A stretch of DNA of 64,000 nucleotides, from contig CM000433.1 of the NCBI GenBank assembly GCA_000165345.1, positions 768,001 through 832,000 of the forward strand. Reading direction: 5' to 3'. How positions within the stretch are numbered: position 1 is the stretch's first letter; each line of letters opens with the position of its first letter. Shown in pieces: positions 38,201 to 46,676 of the stretch. The notes beneath the pieces are model-generated. The model ran no database searches, had not been told where the DNA came from, and worked only from the letters and a program-made list of their open reading frames with translations. Position numbers and translations under genes: made by a program.

Positions 38201-40851
38201 CTCATTGTCAGGAATCTTTATCAATATTGCTGGAGAGAAATCCTATCAAGAGCAAGACACTTTTATTGAATCCATGCCATTCAAAGTGTTTTATGATTGT
38301 AGCTGGACGACTTGGATCTTCACTACAAAGATTCGGACAGCTAGCGTTGGATCCACAATCTGAATCTTTAGGGCTTCTGCTTAGACATTATTCCAGACAT
38401 TTTTGTGTAAAGAACTCAAAAGGACAATCTTGTGGACCATTATTATTTGCAGGTGCATCTTTTGCTTTGGAAGCTTCTCTCTCTCATAAGCAGAATTTTG
38501 GAAAAGAAACTCAAACAAAAAATACAAACTTAACTAAAGGAGAAAAGATAAATGTTTCTGGATTTGGATTACAAGATCAAAACGAAGGAGGAATGGAAAT
38601 TAATGCATCAGAATTTGAAAATTTTAGCAGAAATTCTCATTTAAGCAGAGAAATCAACAAGGATAACTCAATTGTTGGATTCCAAGCACACAAAATGGAG
38701 AATTATTGTAGCAATGGATGCTTTAGTTATTATGTTGGAGATGGAATGTGTGATTTACAATGTTTTAATGAAGCCTGTAACTGGGATAGAGGAGACTGCC
38801 AATCTTCTTCAATGTATCCTGAAATTTATCAGCCTTTGGAGGATCTTTTTAAGGGATGTCTTGCAGGATCATCCTCAAAGTCAAGCGGAACAAGACAAGG
38901 AGGAACATGTTCCACAACTTGCAGAGCAAGATACTCCATTTTGGCAGAAACTTTGGGTTGTTGTACTTCAGTTGCTGTCGACTTGTATCAATCTCTAACA
39001 CAGTTATTAGACGACCAACCACATGGAGGAGGATCTTCAATTTCAGGAGAGCCATTTTCCTCATCTTTGAATTCAATGTGGTCCATTTCGCGACTTGAGC
39101 AAATGTGTGGTATGAGTTTAGATAGAACATGCTCAGATGGTCTTCCGAGAATACAAACAAGGATGACCTTGGCTTTGGACCATCCAGATTTAGGCTTGTC
39201 TGATGACCCTCAGACTCCCTTGGCAGTTTCAAGAATAGTTAGTAGAAGTCTTGGAATTTTGGATTCTGATATTAAAAAGGTATTCTTTACTAACAATGCT
39301 CCTTATTCTAGTGCAGACTACAAAGAATTTAAGTTTTTGGTGGACATAGTAATTGATACAGGATCAACCGAGCTGATTGATATGGATGAGAGGTTGCTAC
39401 TAGAAGGACAAATGAATAAGTTACAAAGAAAATGGGGACTAGACTTTTGTTATGAACTTGGGGATTCAAATGGCGAAGAATGTAGAGTTAAAGTGTTTGA
39501 AGTTGTTTCAGAGCCTATTTCCTCTTTAGGTATTTCTAATTCCACAGCTCCTGAATTGCCATGGATGAATTCAATAGGGTTTTCTTACTTAAATAAAGAC
39601 TTACCTTCTGAACCATGTTCTATTAATCATCAGTATCTACAAGATGCAAGTAGGTACAGAGTAGTACCTATTTCAAGTCAATCCACTTCTTCATCTGTAT
39701 TCACCTCCTCAACAGGGTATGGAACTTCAAATAATTACAAGTCAATGAGTCATGGATCCAAATTCTCAATTTCTTGTACAAATAATAACTATTCTCCTTC
39801 AACAGGAAGATCACCAGATACTTTAACATGTAACAATGGAAGGTGGGAGACTTCTTCTGGTCTTAGATGTAACAGAAAATGTTTGTCACTTCCAGATCTT
39901 CCAATTGGTCTTAAATTCAAAGAAAACTTGGCTATGCTTGGATTAAAGAAGGAACAGGGTCAAATGATAAATCATGGATTTAAAGCTCAGGTTGAATGCT
40001 TCTCTGATGACTATAGAAGCACATCGGCTATCATAGAGGATACTATTCAATGCATAGATGGAATTTGGACTACTCCTAGATTAGAATGCAGAAAATCTTG
40101 TACAAACTTAACTAGTACAAGTCTGGGATCCAGTAGTACTGTTGTTGGAAGAGAGTATAGACATAATGATCAAAGAAAAGTATTTTGTAGTGATGATCAC
40201 TATCTATCTCCAAAATCTGGTAAAACTACCGTTCCAAGCCATTCAAAATTATCTCAAGATAAAAAAGATCAATTAAAAACTAGTAAAAATAGTAATTCAA
40301 TTATACAACAGGAGCAATTACACATTTCCAAAAGTTATAAAGGTATTACAACGCTTGATGAGGCTATTAGAAGAGGATATTACTTAATAAGTTGTAATGA
40401 TGGAACTTGGGAATCTGAACCTTTAATATGTGTTAAAGGTACCTTAACAGATTTCAGTAATATTAAAAGAGGTATAGAGATAACTATGACTCACATCTTC
40501 TCAATTAAAACTTTGATTGCTTGTATTGTAATCGTCTCTACTATATTCATTATTATCATTGGAATTTGGCTTGCTTGGATATTTAGATATAAAAGACAGA
40601 CTGAAATTTATGATATGGACCATCTTGAGAGAGTTGAGAATGCTAGAAGGGTGCTTCTTCAGCTTTCTGGTATTGGATATACAGAAAATATGAGTTATGA
40701 TCAGACTACAGAAAATTCGAATATGATCATACAAGGTCAAGATAGGCTTTCAAATCATATTTCCTCGCCTCCTTCTTCCTCCTGGGAAAGTCTTAATAAT
40801 TTTATTGATCAAGGGAATAATATTGGGAGTAATACAGGAAAAACTACCTAA
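29242..40851 (+). CDS. giant (3869 aa) type I membrane protein: signal peptide, ~13 TSP1 repeats, ShKT-like + LNR (Notch) cassettes, Sushi/CCP modules, TM helix, cytoplasmic tail
   Basis: Signal peptide MNKIKLLAYILWIFQAFLEITEG. Repeated WSxWSxCSxTCGxG TSP1 motifs lie at 29641-32300. LNR consensus C-x2-WF-xGN-x2-CD-x2-CNN-x2-C-xFDDGDC occurs six times. ShKT-like C-xD…C…C…CPxTCxxC modules recur. C-terminal Sushi-like modules include SCTNNNYSPSTG…CNNGRWETSSGLRC. The TM helix is LIACIVIVSTIFIIIIGIWLAWIF (about 40500-40580), with a 90-aa tail. Confidence 0.8.
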   Translation: MNKIKLLAYILWIFQAFLEITEGVVKKVPIVSSSGLVCEDNPSVAESGYSCSFLARRFGGFLGCEKLLKDLAQDSLPPGIPGNTRVVDACPSSCNKCRECSPGCALWFIGNGVCDPECDNLSCQFDGGDCWKVDCKLSAWSSWSACSVTCGPGGRVTRTRQIVVSPRNGGETCGALKAEETGCNSHIPCPLSCTVSEWGNWSRCSLTCGIGHQMRERSVIKAPKDQNLFQCPETRQIRECIQDTCSSNCTLGEFKFKSAVSGSPCLMEKGCVERREILHPPFKPELGNFTCKVEERPSDCLGLHLGCPGPCEFSEWSGWSLCSYYKNEGLGFDDEASKYKLLKKRRRVARRRMRDANCEDELEYKECDESERHGVEALVRCNMGDWSSWSSCSTSCGLGSRLRARWLLSEPENEEALSENLINSESVCGPLFQTKACNDRSCLTEGCKVSDWGQWSACSSKSCNFPGLSKRQRSVISLPRKGDCPVLEESRDCLGACDHSVSVSKSNCMFGDWSSWSTCQDDCYTRYNNSSGANRSEKEKPKRYRHKMIIFNPKDKDCSKENEYLEVENCEGGCENANVEICQVSEWGPWSSCSANCDGGSRRRIRERINSGRGVGKAGSRPLTRGVSSSCPSLLEVEKCNTHPCEYSCELSPWYSNSKKSTGPQDRRGNRSDAMLEDERNEDIVISDCSTKCGIGVVERSRRILSGGFVISSNEEQNQYTSKVCGPLKDTIKCVRISEGCSVDCQVGEWSSWSACSKSCGEGFQNRSRELLVPSLGRKCELATEELRECFERPCPSSCQVSPWSEWTMCLGGCDEKPYKRRERKILEAPAPGQNCLALEEKVDAEEECPRIERCPSDCKVGEWSSWSECDAKCGIGVEKRLRKVVKRESKGGAPCPNLEDLRPCSREACKSDCVLGEWTEWGVCSKSCGGGARSRVREVISQPNEGKECEFLKEFEPCNEFQCIATRDCEVGQWSVWSPCSASCGGGVKRRQREVQVPATGGGRCEFELNQKVGCNGFKCPGEPCIDRPEAQEVVPCSILKAMFGCQKRLIDVAKSNGVPYPDDRPPEARIMDGCPATCGMCVECAPGCQLRDVGNLSCDPACNNAACRFDDGDCEKNSPQKASCILPKLPEAFLFLSKKEDQVRKGNGSDFLEIGGNSNSGKKEAQNILKDSSDNNLVVLESFTSQSSLNSSSGKSNNYGFAGNQAQMQVHEMEFSQEDYNNERHGNDGSNTIREYKKGDTVYIRCDKGKRFRKYTAIPYFKYQCKESGFIQLIEPKGAPLLYVDGDGIPRIPTCEEDECPYLMAQEAPQMIGTVNTLYKRDLSHSYTYIMYRDIGEPIFITGDHQRIILGPVGTLYLISIDSFYPEFGDPSFEKYRLWSLVDISQQKIIQEFVELKLVCVKNPNSLNSNLMSTNSTTDSEIVKASFNRPLRFLSQVYSNSNLSSRIIDFKASDEVPDFGRNLQEKPYTYVMGKKRFCEDQPEVKEQGILCETLSTMCDINIPNPQNYGLPENSFVWQICPSTCNKCKECSAGCPEWFKGNTVCDKACNNEACNFDDGDCKGVQSEQDDNEIQGKDSERNDIESEHKNRNYHEKNNIKDDQGDEDSREFTSNIVIPEGAVTYFAGKFRNCTDIPELIDSLASCKALKQTCQLKLPLSASSLEAGLSHSSTISQVCPKTCGICEECAPGCPKWFIKNGYCDVNCQNPECQFDGGDCSDDNITRNPKLPIKSPNDSDISSGSTSNSYQNSSASKNNNSGKNSCKDNPIIFEVFNRSCEELKTSFGCSINLEKIIQTGTKLPDRIKPGTKLKELCKLTCKNCSNKKDDDRITGIGKNDQTNKNADIKTERPYTIIFNEKRYCEDQPEVAKKGISCKNLSSMCNASIPGAKTYGLPDGTPIWRVCPSTCNKCKECSAGCPEWFKGNTVCDKACNNEACNFDDGDCKGVQSEQNDNEIQGKDNESSAGRKEGYEIDSNGIIKENRGSDERNGSYKGSDLDREFFSMLKEKGQECRDDPQVEELSGFSCEQITSIFDCSTLLKDLPGSSIPDDIPKNTLLRHACADSCGLCEAFSNDKKSIGKEKDEKDHPESRVCKDDVYISYVTGRCRDIMNFSVNLSEVCNESLSERTVLRDNRKSSTFSMNRKVYDHCPRSCGRCRSECDDDSRLQPGECRIAIETASIQGYGCDMPLLQVSFSLAERFGDEKEYLLLSDVCARSCNYCSPSQGGLGTDQLLDNRSSESFCSIKSTKHWGNGYLLDLKSSITQEDGLETEVTGILLNQEKNKETHSAMGGSKLIVSCSSGYSSSDKQDSVEAICDTKSSIYILPETFKCEEPHVEVMQVEMEIEEASDLDFTAVSSIYTALYSTLPVYQPNGLRIEAISTTRFENILGDGQQDIKCEDQNHQLKSFGINCSMLKPFCSKTLEELAKQFNRSIPDGVSADIKVSIACPVTCDNCQEFLEVLNNLRNEEKEEQEDEEEKEKDSKVSEVQANNSEGRRSRQNGSQAIGKSGLGSLYILFDVGFFLSSSRGRESSFEAALKDKNISKRFVATLKTQFASRGVRLAPKEFDIRSWDSQQAVVSNSRLASDDTADRNMKSKFKRHRMIRILKSDWDKFYSGQKGVGMDEEARNLFYTSGVSMPLIRSSRFGAKEIVFLKRPLHYLQNAYLACGGKGISSSSPISLSSTNQFSYSVKGRTSGYSDPENSCCGLPQDFRTVLINEGCGSLIYDRVPDKIQMDLFCRGTSSGRTSCFLRFQEVINRYKNRKGPLCNTIEYAQQLIDSWCYTTTISEAQEGLEKENGIQDTGADLDSRINSISDSNSDSSPKSGSRLDSGSSSNSESQGENNKSDLSGYTKLGKETGREYCFSSIKETISIGMDSQEFVSAAFNIFKSRCRPESCYRNHLRYFDAVTQLHTAWGYPLPSSPLKKSDFFTGSNRPIISSVGTNTGNIESEGVTGSSPNSSTYSNLEVLLEESNESWLDLLCTSTSSGTHCQESLSILLERNPIKSKTLLLNPCHSKCFMIVAGRLGSSLQRFGQLALDPQSESLGLLLRHYSRHFCVKNSKGQSCGPLLFAGASFALEASLSHKQNFGKETQTKNTNLTKGEKINVSGFGLQDQNEGGMEINASEFENFSRNSHLSREINKDNSIVGFQAHKMENYCSNGCFSYYVGDGMCDLQCFNEACNWDRGDCQSSSMYPEIYQPLEDLFKGCLAGSSSKSSGTRQGGTCSTTCRARYSILAETLGCCTSVAVDLYQSLTQLLDDQPHGGGSSISGEPFSSSLNSMWSISRLEQMCGMSLDRTCSDGLPRIQTRMTLALDHPDLGLSDDPQTPLAVSRIVSRSLGILDSDIKKVFFTNNAPYSSADYKEFKFLVDIVIDTGSTELIDMDERLLLEGQMNKLQRKWGLDFCYELGDSNGEECRVKVFEVVSEPISSLGISNSTAPELPWMNSIGFSYLNKDLPSEPCSINHQYLQDASRYRVVPISSQSTSSSVFTSSTGYGTSNNYKSMSHGSKFSISCTNNNYSPSTGRSPDTLTCNNGRWETSSGLRCNRKCLSLPDLPIGLKFKENLAMLGLKKEQGQMINHGFKAQVECFSDDYRSTSAIIEDTIQCIDGIWTTPRLECRKSCTNLTSTSLGSSSTVVGREYRHNDQRKVFCSDDHYLSPKSGKTTVPSHSKLSQDKKDQLKTSKNSNSIIQQEQLHISKSYKGITTLDEAIRRGYYLISCNDGTWESEPLICVKGTLTDFSNIKRGIEITMTHIFSIKTLIACIVIVSTIFIIIIGIWLAWIFRYKRQTEIYDMDHLERVENARRVLLQLSGIGYTENMSYDQTTENSNMIIQGQDRLSNHISSPPSSSWESLNNFIDQGNNIGSNTGKTT
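29641..32300 (+). other. array of ~13 thrombospondin type-1 (TSP1) repeats inside the giant adhesin
   Basis: Repeated (W)SxWSxCSxTCGxGxxxRxR…C…C motifs, e.g. WSSWSACSVTCGPGGRVTRTR, WSSWSSCSTSCGLGSRLRAR, WSSWSACSKSCGEGFQNRSR, WSVWSPCSASCGGGVKRRQR. Confidence 0.8.
33640..35133 (+). repeat. tandem intragenic duplication (two ~350-nt copies about 1143 nt apart) of a ShKT-like + LNR cassette
   Basis: 33833-33929 and 34976-35072 are identical over about 97 nt, followed by about 50 nt with 3 mismatches. The flanks are only about 65-70% identical. The encoded peptides differ by a few residues. Confidence 0.85.
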
Positions 40852-41155
40852 ATCCAACTTAACTCAAATTTTCTTAGTACTCAAGACTTTATAGTATTTA
40901 TAACCCAGCTTAATATATAGTCCCATCAATTTTGAAAGAATTTAAAGGTATTCATGGAAAATTAAAGGTAAATATAATTATAAGAACAACTAGAGCCAAT
41001 CATATTATTATTACTACTACTATTAATAATGATATAATCATCATAATCAATTAGGAGATTAAGGTAATGAATAATTATAAAAATTGGGTTAATCATAGGT
41101 GAATTGTAATTGTTATAATGACCACGTAAAATATTGACTACGGTACCTCCCCTCC

Positions 41156-42427
41156 TTAATTCCTCATAGTTTGTCTATAAATGCTTGGATACTTGTCTCT
41201 AAGCCATTTAAGTTTATCACAATTAGGTTTACTTCTATTTTGGATTTCTTTTAATTTACTTTTACTTTGATAGTACTTTGCATAGGCAATATCCTGCAAT
41301 ATAGTTCTTTCTTCTACACTACATTCTCTAGTAAAGTGAATAATCTCTATCTTAACTTCCAGCTCATGCAGTTTCGAAGAGTTTGGTGGAAACTTTGAAT
41401 CGAAGTTTGCCTTAGGATTTGTGTAAAATCCAACATTGTGTATTCCTGTCCATCTTTGTTTGCTGTATTCTCTAGTCCTATTAAAGCTGTAAATTGGTTT
41501 ATCTTCAGGAAACAAAGTTGGCATAAAGTTACCCATAATGGCCAAAAATAGCATTAATAAGACTGGAAGTATTTGAATAATACCTGCTATTTTTTGCCAT
41601 ATTGGTCCTGTATGTAATCCATCAGATGTTGCTCCTCCTGAATTCATATTTGTTGTATAAGTTCTATTGTGAGATCTTGAGTGTCCACTTCTATTTGGAA
41701 ATCTTTGTCTATTAAATGATACTTCTGCAGGCATACCTCCAAAAAACATCCTAAATAAATCTTCAGGTGTAAGGAACCCATCACCTTGATGATATTGATA
41801 ATACCTAACATCACCAGAAGCTGAATGCATTGGCGGTCCATCTTCTCCAAAAGTATCATAGTTCTTACGTTTCTCTGCATCAGACAAAGTCTGGAATGCT
41901 AGAGCAATTCTTTTGAATGCTTCTTCTGCACTTGGAGCCTTACATTTATCAGGATGGAGTTGTAGTGCTAATTTCTTATATGCTTTCTTAATTGCAGCAT
42001 CATCTGCATCTTTTGGTACTCCTAAAGTGTCATAAAAGTTTTTTGCTTTTAAGATACGTTTACACATACTTTCTGAGCTCTCTGATGCAGAACCTGAACT
42101 AAAATTTGATCTTGCTGAATGTGAATTACGAGAATCATCGTCCTCATTTCGCTTCTTTCCTTTAGATGAGTGGTTATGCATATTTTTTGGAGATGATGCT
42201 TTATGACTATGGTGATGGGTATGATGAGTCTGGTGATGATTATGTTGTGCTTCTGGAGTACTTGAACCACAAGATTTTAGATTAATGAGCATCTCTGTTA
42301 TTGTTTGGCTGGGATACATTCTATTAGCCTTTTCCAATAACCTTTTAGCCTTATCTAGGTCCCCTCCATGAATAGCTTTCTTAGCTAACATTACACATCT
42401 ATCGGCCTCTTCTTTATTGCTATCCAT
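41156..42427 (-). CDS. DNAJB12/DNAJB14-like ER-membrane J-protein (J-domain + TM + DUF1977-type C-terminal domain)
   Basis: J-domain YDTLGVPKDADDAAIKKAYKKLALQLHPDKCK with intact HPD. His/Ser-rich linker. Single TM (IAGIIQILPVLLMLFLAIMG). Conserved C-terminal domain as in Hlj1/DNAJB12. Confidence 0.75.
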   Translation of the reverse strand: MDSNKEEADRCVMLAKKAIHGGDLDKAKRLLEKANRMYPSQTITEMLINLKSCGSSTPEAQHNHHQTHHTHHHSHKASSPKNMHNHSSKGKKRNEDDDSRNSHSARSNFSSGSASESSESMCKRILKAKNFYDTLGVPKDADDAAIKKAYKKLALQLHPDKCKAPSAEEAFKRIALAFQTLSDAEKRKNYDTFGEDGPPMHSASGDVRYYQYHQGDGFLTPEDLFRMFFGGMPAEVSFNRQRFPNRSGHSRSHNRTYTTNMNSGGATSDGLHTGPIWQKIAGIIQILPVLLMLFLAIMGNFMPTLFPEDKPIYSFNRTREYSKQRWTGIHNVGFYTNPKANFDSKFPPNSSKLHELEVKIEIIHFTRECSVEERTILQDIAYAKYYQSKSKLKEIQNRSKPNCDKLKWLRDKYPSIYRQTMRN

Positions 42428-43042
42428 GGCTCCAATAGATTTAAAAACTTAACTTAATTATTATATATTTGAATGATCTTTTTCAATGTTGAGCAGAAGA
42501 CTAGGTAATTAGTTATTAAGCATACTATACGAATTGCTCAAAATCTGAATTCCCTCCAACTTGTCTCCCTAACTCTTCAGCCTTAGAAATGATTATTATA
42601 GAAAAGATATTTAAGGATGACTGGAACTTATTATTTGCTAAAACTGAGCGATATATTGTTCTAGGAAGAAATACCCAAGCCTACATTCAAATAATTATTG
42701 CTGCTCTCACAGTATTATTTATTAATGTCAAAGCTTCCACTTATAGATTTATATCTAAAAATAATTTTCAATTCTTTTAATCTAAAACAATTCTACATGC
42801 CTTGTAGTCTTTCACTTATGGAATACTTTGACCCCTACTTCTTCTCTTTGTTACTTCTCTTGGACGTAATTTGCACTAAGTATGTTTATGTGCAAATAGC
42901 AACCTATAATAGCAACAAATACCTTATTAATTCCTTATATTTTCATATAACTGTAGGGGGGTCCCTTTTTGTCTCTTTTACACAATTTCCAAAAGATCTC
43001 GATGAAAATTACAATTTTTTTTTATCCCTTATGTAAATTATA

Positions 43043-43084
43043 TTTTGGCGCCAAACCCGCTTGATTGTTTTGGGGGTACCGGTG
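43043..43084. promoter_or_regulatory. palindromic E2F-like TTTTGGCGCCAAAC, then GGTACCGGTG 19 nt downstream
   Basis: Lies in the divergent intergenic region between the DnaJ (-) and NAC-alpha (+) genes, about 310 nt upstream of the NAC-alpha ATG. Confidence 0.45.
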
Positions 43085-43363
43085 ATCAGGAAAATAGGCG
43101 GTAAAATGTTTAAGGTTATAAAGTAAAAGGGGGGAAATGTAAATTGATATTTAAATACAATATAAAATGAAAGTTAAAGTTAATACAAGTTGAGAATAAA
43201 TCAAATCAAATAAATATTTAATTAAAAAAAAAAATTAGTCAACAATGAGTCAAGTCGGAACAATAAAGACACGAGAACGGGGAAATTAGAAAAAAAAAAT
43301 TAAATAAACAAATAAAAGTCATAAAGTGGCAGAAATAATAAAATATATATATATAAGCAAAAA

Positions 43364-43954
43364 ATGGTAGGAGAACAGGAACCAAAGATTGTGGAGATAC
43401 ATGATGACCAAATTAGCAGTGGAGAGTCATCAGAAGATGAAGACTTAAACTCAGGAAAGACCGAGGGTGTTCGTCCAAGACATAACAAGGGTGAAAAGAA
43501 AAATAGAAAGTTGGTTCAAAAATTGGGGCTTAAACCATTGCCAGACTTTGAGAAGGTTGTTGTGAGAGGAGCTAGAGGTCTCTCTTTTCAAATTGTTAAT
43601 CCTGAGGTATACTGTGTCCCAGGAACAAAGAGTTACATTGTATTTGGAGATGCAAAATTAGAGGATCGTAACACAGCATCCCAAGCTGCTGCCTTGGCAA
43701 ATGCTACTTCACAATTAGAGCAAAAGCTTGCTGCTATGAAGACACAAGATGATGATGCATCAAAAAATAATCCTACCACTTCCAGTAGTAAAGACGATGC
43801 TGCTGATGAAGAAGATGTTGATGAAACTGGAGTAGATTCTGCCAATATTGATTTGGTAATTAATCAGACAGGATGCTCGAGAGCAAAGGCTGTTAAGGCA
43901 CTTAAATCTAATAATAATGATGTGGTTGAAGCCATTTTGTCTCTCTCTCCTTAA
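43364..43954 (+). CDS. NACA: nascent polypeptide-associated complex alpha subunit (NAC domain + C-terminal UBA)
   Basis: KLGLKPLPDFEKVVVRGARGLSFQIVNPEVYCVPGTKSYIVFGDAKLED is the NAC domain. The C-terminal IDLVINQTGCSRAKAVKALKSNNNDVVEAIL is UBA-like. Confidence 0.85.
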   Translation: MVGEQEPKIVEIHDDQISSGESSEDEDLNSGKTEGVRPRHNKGEKKNRKLVQKLGLKPLPDFEKVVVRGARGLSFQIVNPEVYCVPGTKSYIVFGDAKLEDRNTASQAAALANATSQLEQKLAAMKTQDDDASKNNPTTSSSKDDAADEEDVDETGVDSANIDLVINQTGCSRAKAVKALKSNNNDVVEAILSLSP

Positions 43955-44412
43955 TAAAAAGGGGCTTACAAAGAGTGAAATAGAGAGATTATCAAGAGCA
44001 AGTTTGTTTGATCTTTACTTAGGATTATATTGATCTTTTTTGTAATACTTTTTTTTTTTAGATGAAAAAAGAAAATATTTCATTTCATTCTCATTGTTTT
44101 TTTAATCAATTCATTTCTTATCAACAAAAACATTTTAATCAAATTTCCTATTTAATTCTTTAGATTATTTAGATCAATTTCCTTTACGTCCGAATAGGCT
44201 TCTCAGGAAGGTGGAATGAGGGGGTGGGGTAAGAGTTCATGCAAAGCCTAAACATTTACAGATCCACTTTATTGAAATAAAGTAAAGTTTTAATTAAAAG
44301 AGTATCGTGATTAACATTTTCAGGAGTACAAAACTCTATTTCTCATTACTTACTTAAATCCGATTTATTTTTACTTTAACTTAACCTTTATAATACTTAT
44401 TTTTCAGATAGC

Positions 44413-44424
44413 TTTGGCGCCAAG
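44413..44424. promoter_or_regulatory. E2F-like TTTGGCGCCAAG
   Basis: About 120 nt upstream of the ATG of the 5'-nucleotidase-family gene. Confidence 0.45.
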
Positions 44425-44543
44425 TCCACAAAATATTACTGAAAATTGGCAATATTAAAAGATATTAATTTGGGTAATTTAGCGATCTGTATTAAAAACT
44501 AATTAAAAATTGAATGAATATTGTTGTATAATTAGTATTAAAT

Positions 44544-46676
44544 ATGGCAGATCAAGATCCTCTTTCACCACTTTCAAACACAGAATCAGAATCAGCTCCA
44601 AATGAAAGGTTTAGCAATAGGATAGCACATGAAGAAAACAGGAAAAACTTGGAAAAAATGTATACAAATTTTAGTAATATTGTGGGAAAGGGAACTCCAA
44701 TCCAGAATATGCAAAGATGTATCTCAATAGGTTTAACAGGGGAGACTTTCTATGATTATGATTCTCCATTTGGACCGGAGGATGATATTTGTATACTACA
44801 TTTTAATGATGTTTATAATATTGAAGAAGATGTGAATGGCACAGGAGGAGTTGCTAGGTTTGTGGAAGCATTAAAAAGCTTTCGTTCACTAAATCCTCTT
44901 TTGCTATTTTCTGGTGATGTTTTTAATCCATCAATTATGTCAGTAACAACAAAAGGTAGGCATATGGTTCCATTTTTAAACATGATGAGAGTGCATACAG
45001 CTTGCTTTGGAAATCATGATTTTGATTTTGGAGTAGATCATCTTGAGTATTTAGCAGGATCCTGTAATTTTCAATGGATTCTTTCCAATGTTTATGATGC
45101 TTATACTGGAGAACCATTAGCAAATGCAAGAACATATAGGCTTTTTGAATGGCAAGGAAGAAGAATTGGAATCATGGGTTTGGTAGAAAAGGATTGGCTT
45201 AAAACTCTTCCAACGATTTCTGAAGAGGATGTCATTTATAAGGATTTTGTTGAGGAGGCAAATAGAATTTCCAAAATTTTAAGAGAAAAAGATGCAGAAC
45301 TAATTATTGCTTTAACTCATATGAGAGCACCAAATGATGAACTACTTGCAAAAGGAGCTGATGATATCGATTTAATTTTGGGTGGTCATGATCATGAGTA
45401 CTATGGAGTGAAGGAAATAGGTAATTCTGTAGTGGCAAAAAGTGGAACGGATTTTCGTGATTTAACAATGATTGTAATTAAACCTGGAAAACATTGCCTA
45501 GTATGTCCAAATTCGGATTCAAAGCTACATTTGGAATCGTGTAGATACTCTTCATTTAGCCTGGATCAACCACAAAATATTTATGAAGAGAGACTAATTC
45601 CTAATAATAAAGATGGAGGTGATATTTACCTTAGAAGATTTTCAGGAGGATCTATAATGACTTGGAGCTATATTGATATCAGTACATTTAACCCAAATAG
45701 GCATGTAACAAAGATGGTTAATAAATATCTTCGTGATCTTGCAACACAAATGGATAAGATTATTGGTGAGTGTGCTGTTAGATTGGAAACTAGATTTTCA
45801 GTTATTAGAACTTCTGAAACTAATGCAGGTAACTGGCTTACTGATATTATGAGATCAGCAGCTAAGACTGAAATAGCTTTGATAAACTCAGGGACAATCA
45901 GATCAGATTGTGTATTTAATATTGGTCCAGTTAGAAATCAAGATATTCTGATGATGTTGCCTTTTGTAGATAATCTGGTTAAACTTGGAGTTCCTGGTAA
46001 TTTACTTTTGGACATATTGGAAAATAGTGTCAGCCAGTGGCCAAATAAAGATGGAAGGTTTTCTCAGGTTTCAGGGCTTAAATTCAGATTTAATGGTGAT
46101 CTCCCTCCTGGACAAAGAATTGTACCTGGTTCAGTTTATATTCAGGATTTGGATAATCCAATGGAATTTAAACCTTTAAAACTTGATAGAGTTTATACTC
46201 TTGTAACCAAAGAATTCCTTTATACAGGGAAGGATGGATTTGATAGCTTCACAAAATGCGAACTTTTAAGTAACCCAGAAGATATGCCTCCACTTCCAAC
46301 CCTTGTAAGAAATGTATTTTCCTTAGCAGCTCTGGCTAATGGATATAGAAAACCTCATAATCTTGCAACTGCTAGAAAACTTAAAACTTTTCTTTTGAAT
46401 CCACAACAAACTATGACTGGCCTTAATAAAGTTCCATCGAGAGCAGCCTTCAAGAGTGAAAATATTCACCAACTTACTCCAAATTCTATTTCTGGAAGGT
46501 CTAATGAGTCTCATGAATTAATTCTGAACGAGGAGAACATTCGTCGAATTGAAGAGAAGATTGTGGATGAGCCTGAGTATTGCTTTATGATTCAGGTCGA
46601 AAGGGAAGGGAGAATTATAAGAGAAGGAAGCGCCCCTGACCCATTAATTGAATCTGGAATTGAAAGAGTTGACTGA
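44544..46676 (+). CDS. 5'-nucleotidase-family metallophosphoesterase (calcineurin-like phosphoesterase domain + 5'-NT C-terminal domain), no signal peptide
   Basis: Metal-ligand motifs ILHFNDVY, GDVFN, GNHDFDFG and GGHDHEYY, plus a C-terminal substrate-binding domain. Confidence 0.7.
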   Translation: MADQDPLSPLSNTESESAPNERFSNRIAHEENRKNLEKMYTNFSNIVGKGTPIQNMQRCISIGLTGETFYDYDSPFGPEDDICILHFNDVYNIEEDVNGTGGVARFVEALKSFRSLNPLLLFSGDVFNPSIMSVTTKGRHMVPFLNMMRVHTACFGNHDFDFGVDHLEYLAGSCNFQWILSNVYDAYTGEPLANARTYRLFEWQGRRIGIMGLVEKDWLKTLPTISEEDVIYKDFVEEANRISKILREKDAELIIALTHMRAPNDELLAKGADDIDLILGGHDHEYYGVKEIGNSVVAKSGTDFRDLTMIVIKPGKHCLVCPNSDSKLHLESCRYSSFSLDQPQNIYEERLIPNNKDGGDIYLRRFSGGSIMTWSYIDISTFNPNRHVTKMVNKYLRDLATQMDKIIGECAVRLETRFSVIRTSETNAGNWLTDIMRSAAKTEIALINSGTIRSDCVFNIGPVRNQDILMMLPFVDNLVKLGVPGNLLLDILENSVSQWPNKDGRFSQVSGLKFRFNGDLPPGQRIVPGSVYIQDLDNPMEFKPLKLDRVYTLVTKEFLYTGKDGFDSFTKCELLSNPEDMPPLPTLVRNVFSLAALANGYRKPHNLATARKLKTFLLNPQQTMTGLNKVPSRAAFKSENIHQLTPNSISGRSNESHELILNEENIRRIEEKIVDEPEYCFMIQVEREGRIIREGSAPDPLIESGIERVD

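Noticed and set aside
40489-40851. TRAP-family-type cytoplasmic tail on the giant adhesin (acidic tail with sub-terminal Trp for aldolase binding)
   Set aside because: The tail has SSSWESL but the Trp is about 28 residues from the C-terminus and the tail is not strongly acidic. It does not fit the canonical TRAP/MIC2 motif, so no gliding-motor link is claimed.
42589-43036. Two overlapping ORFs in the DnaJ/NAC-alpha intergenic region
   Set aside because: AT-rich, hydrophobic low-complexity translations in a divergent promoter region that carries an E2F box. No coding signal.
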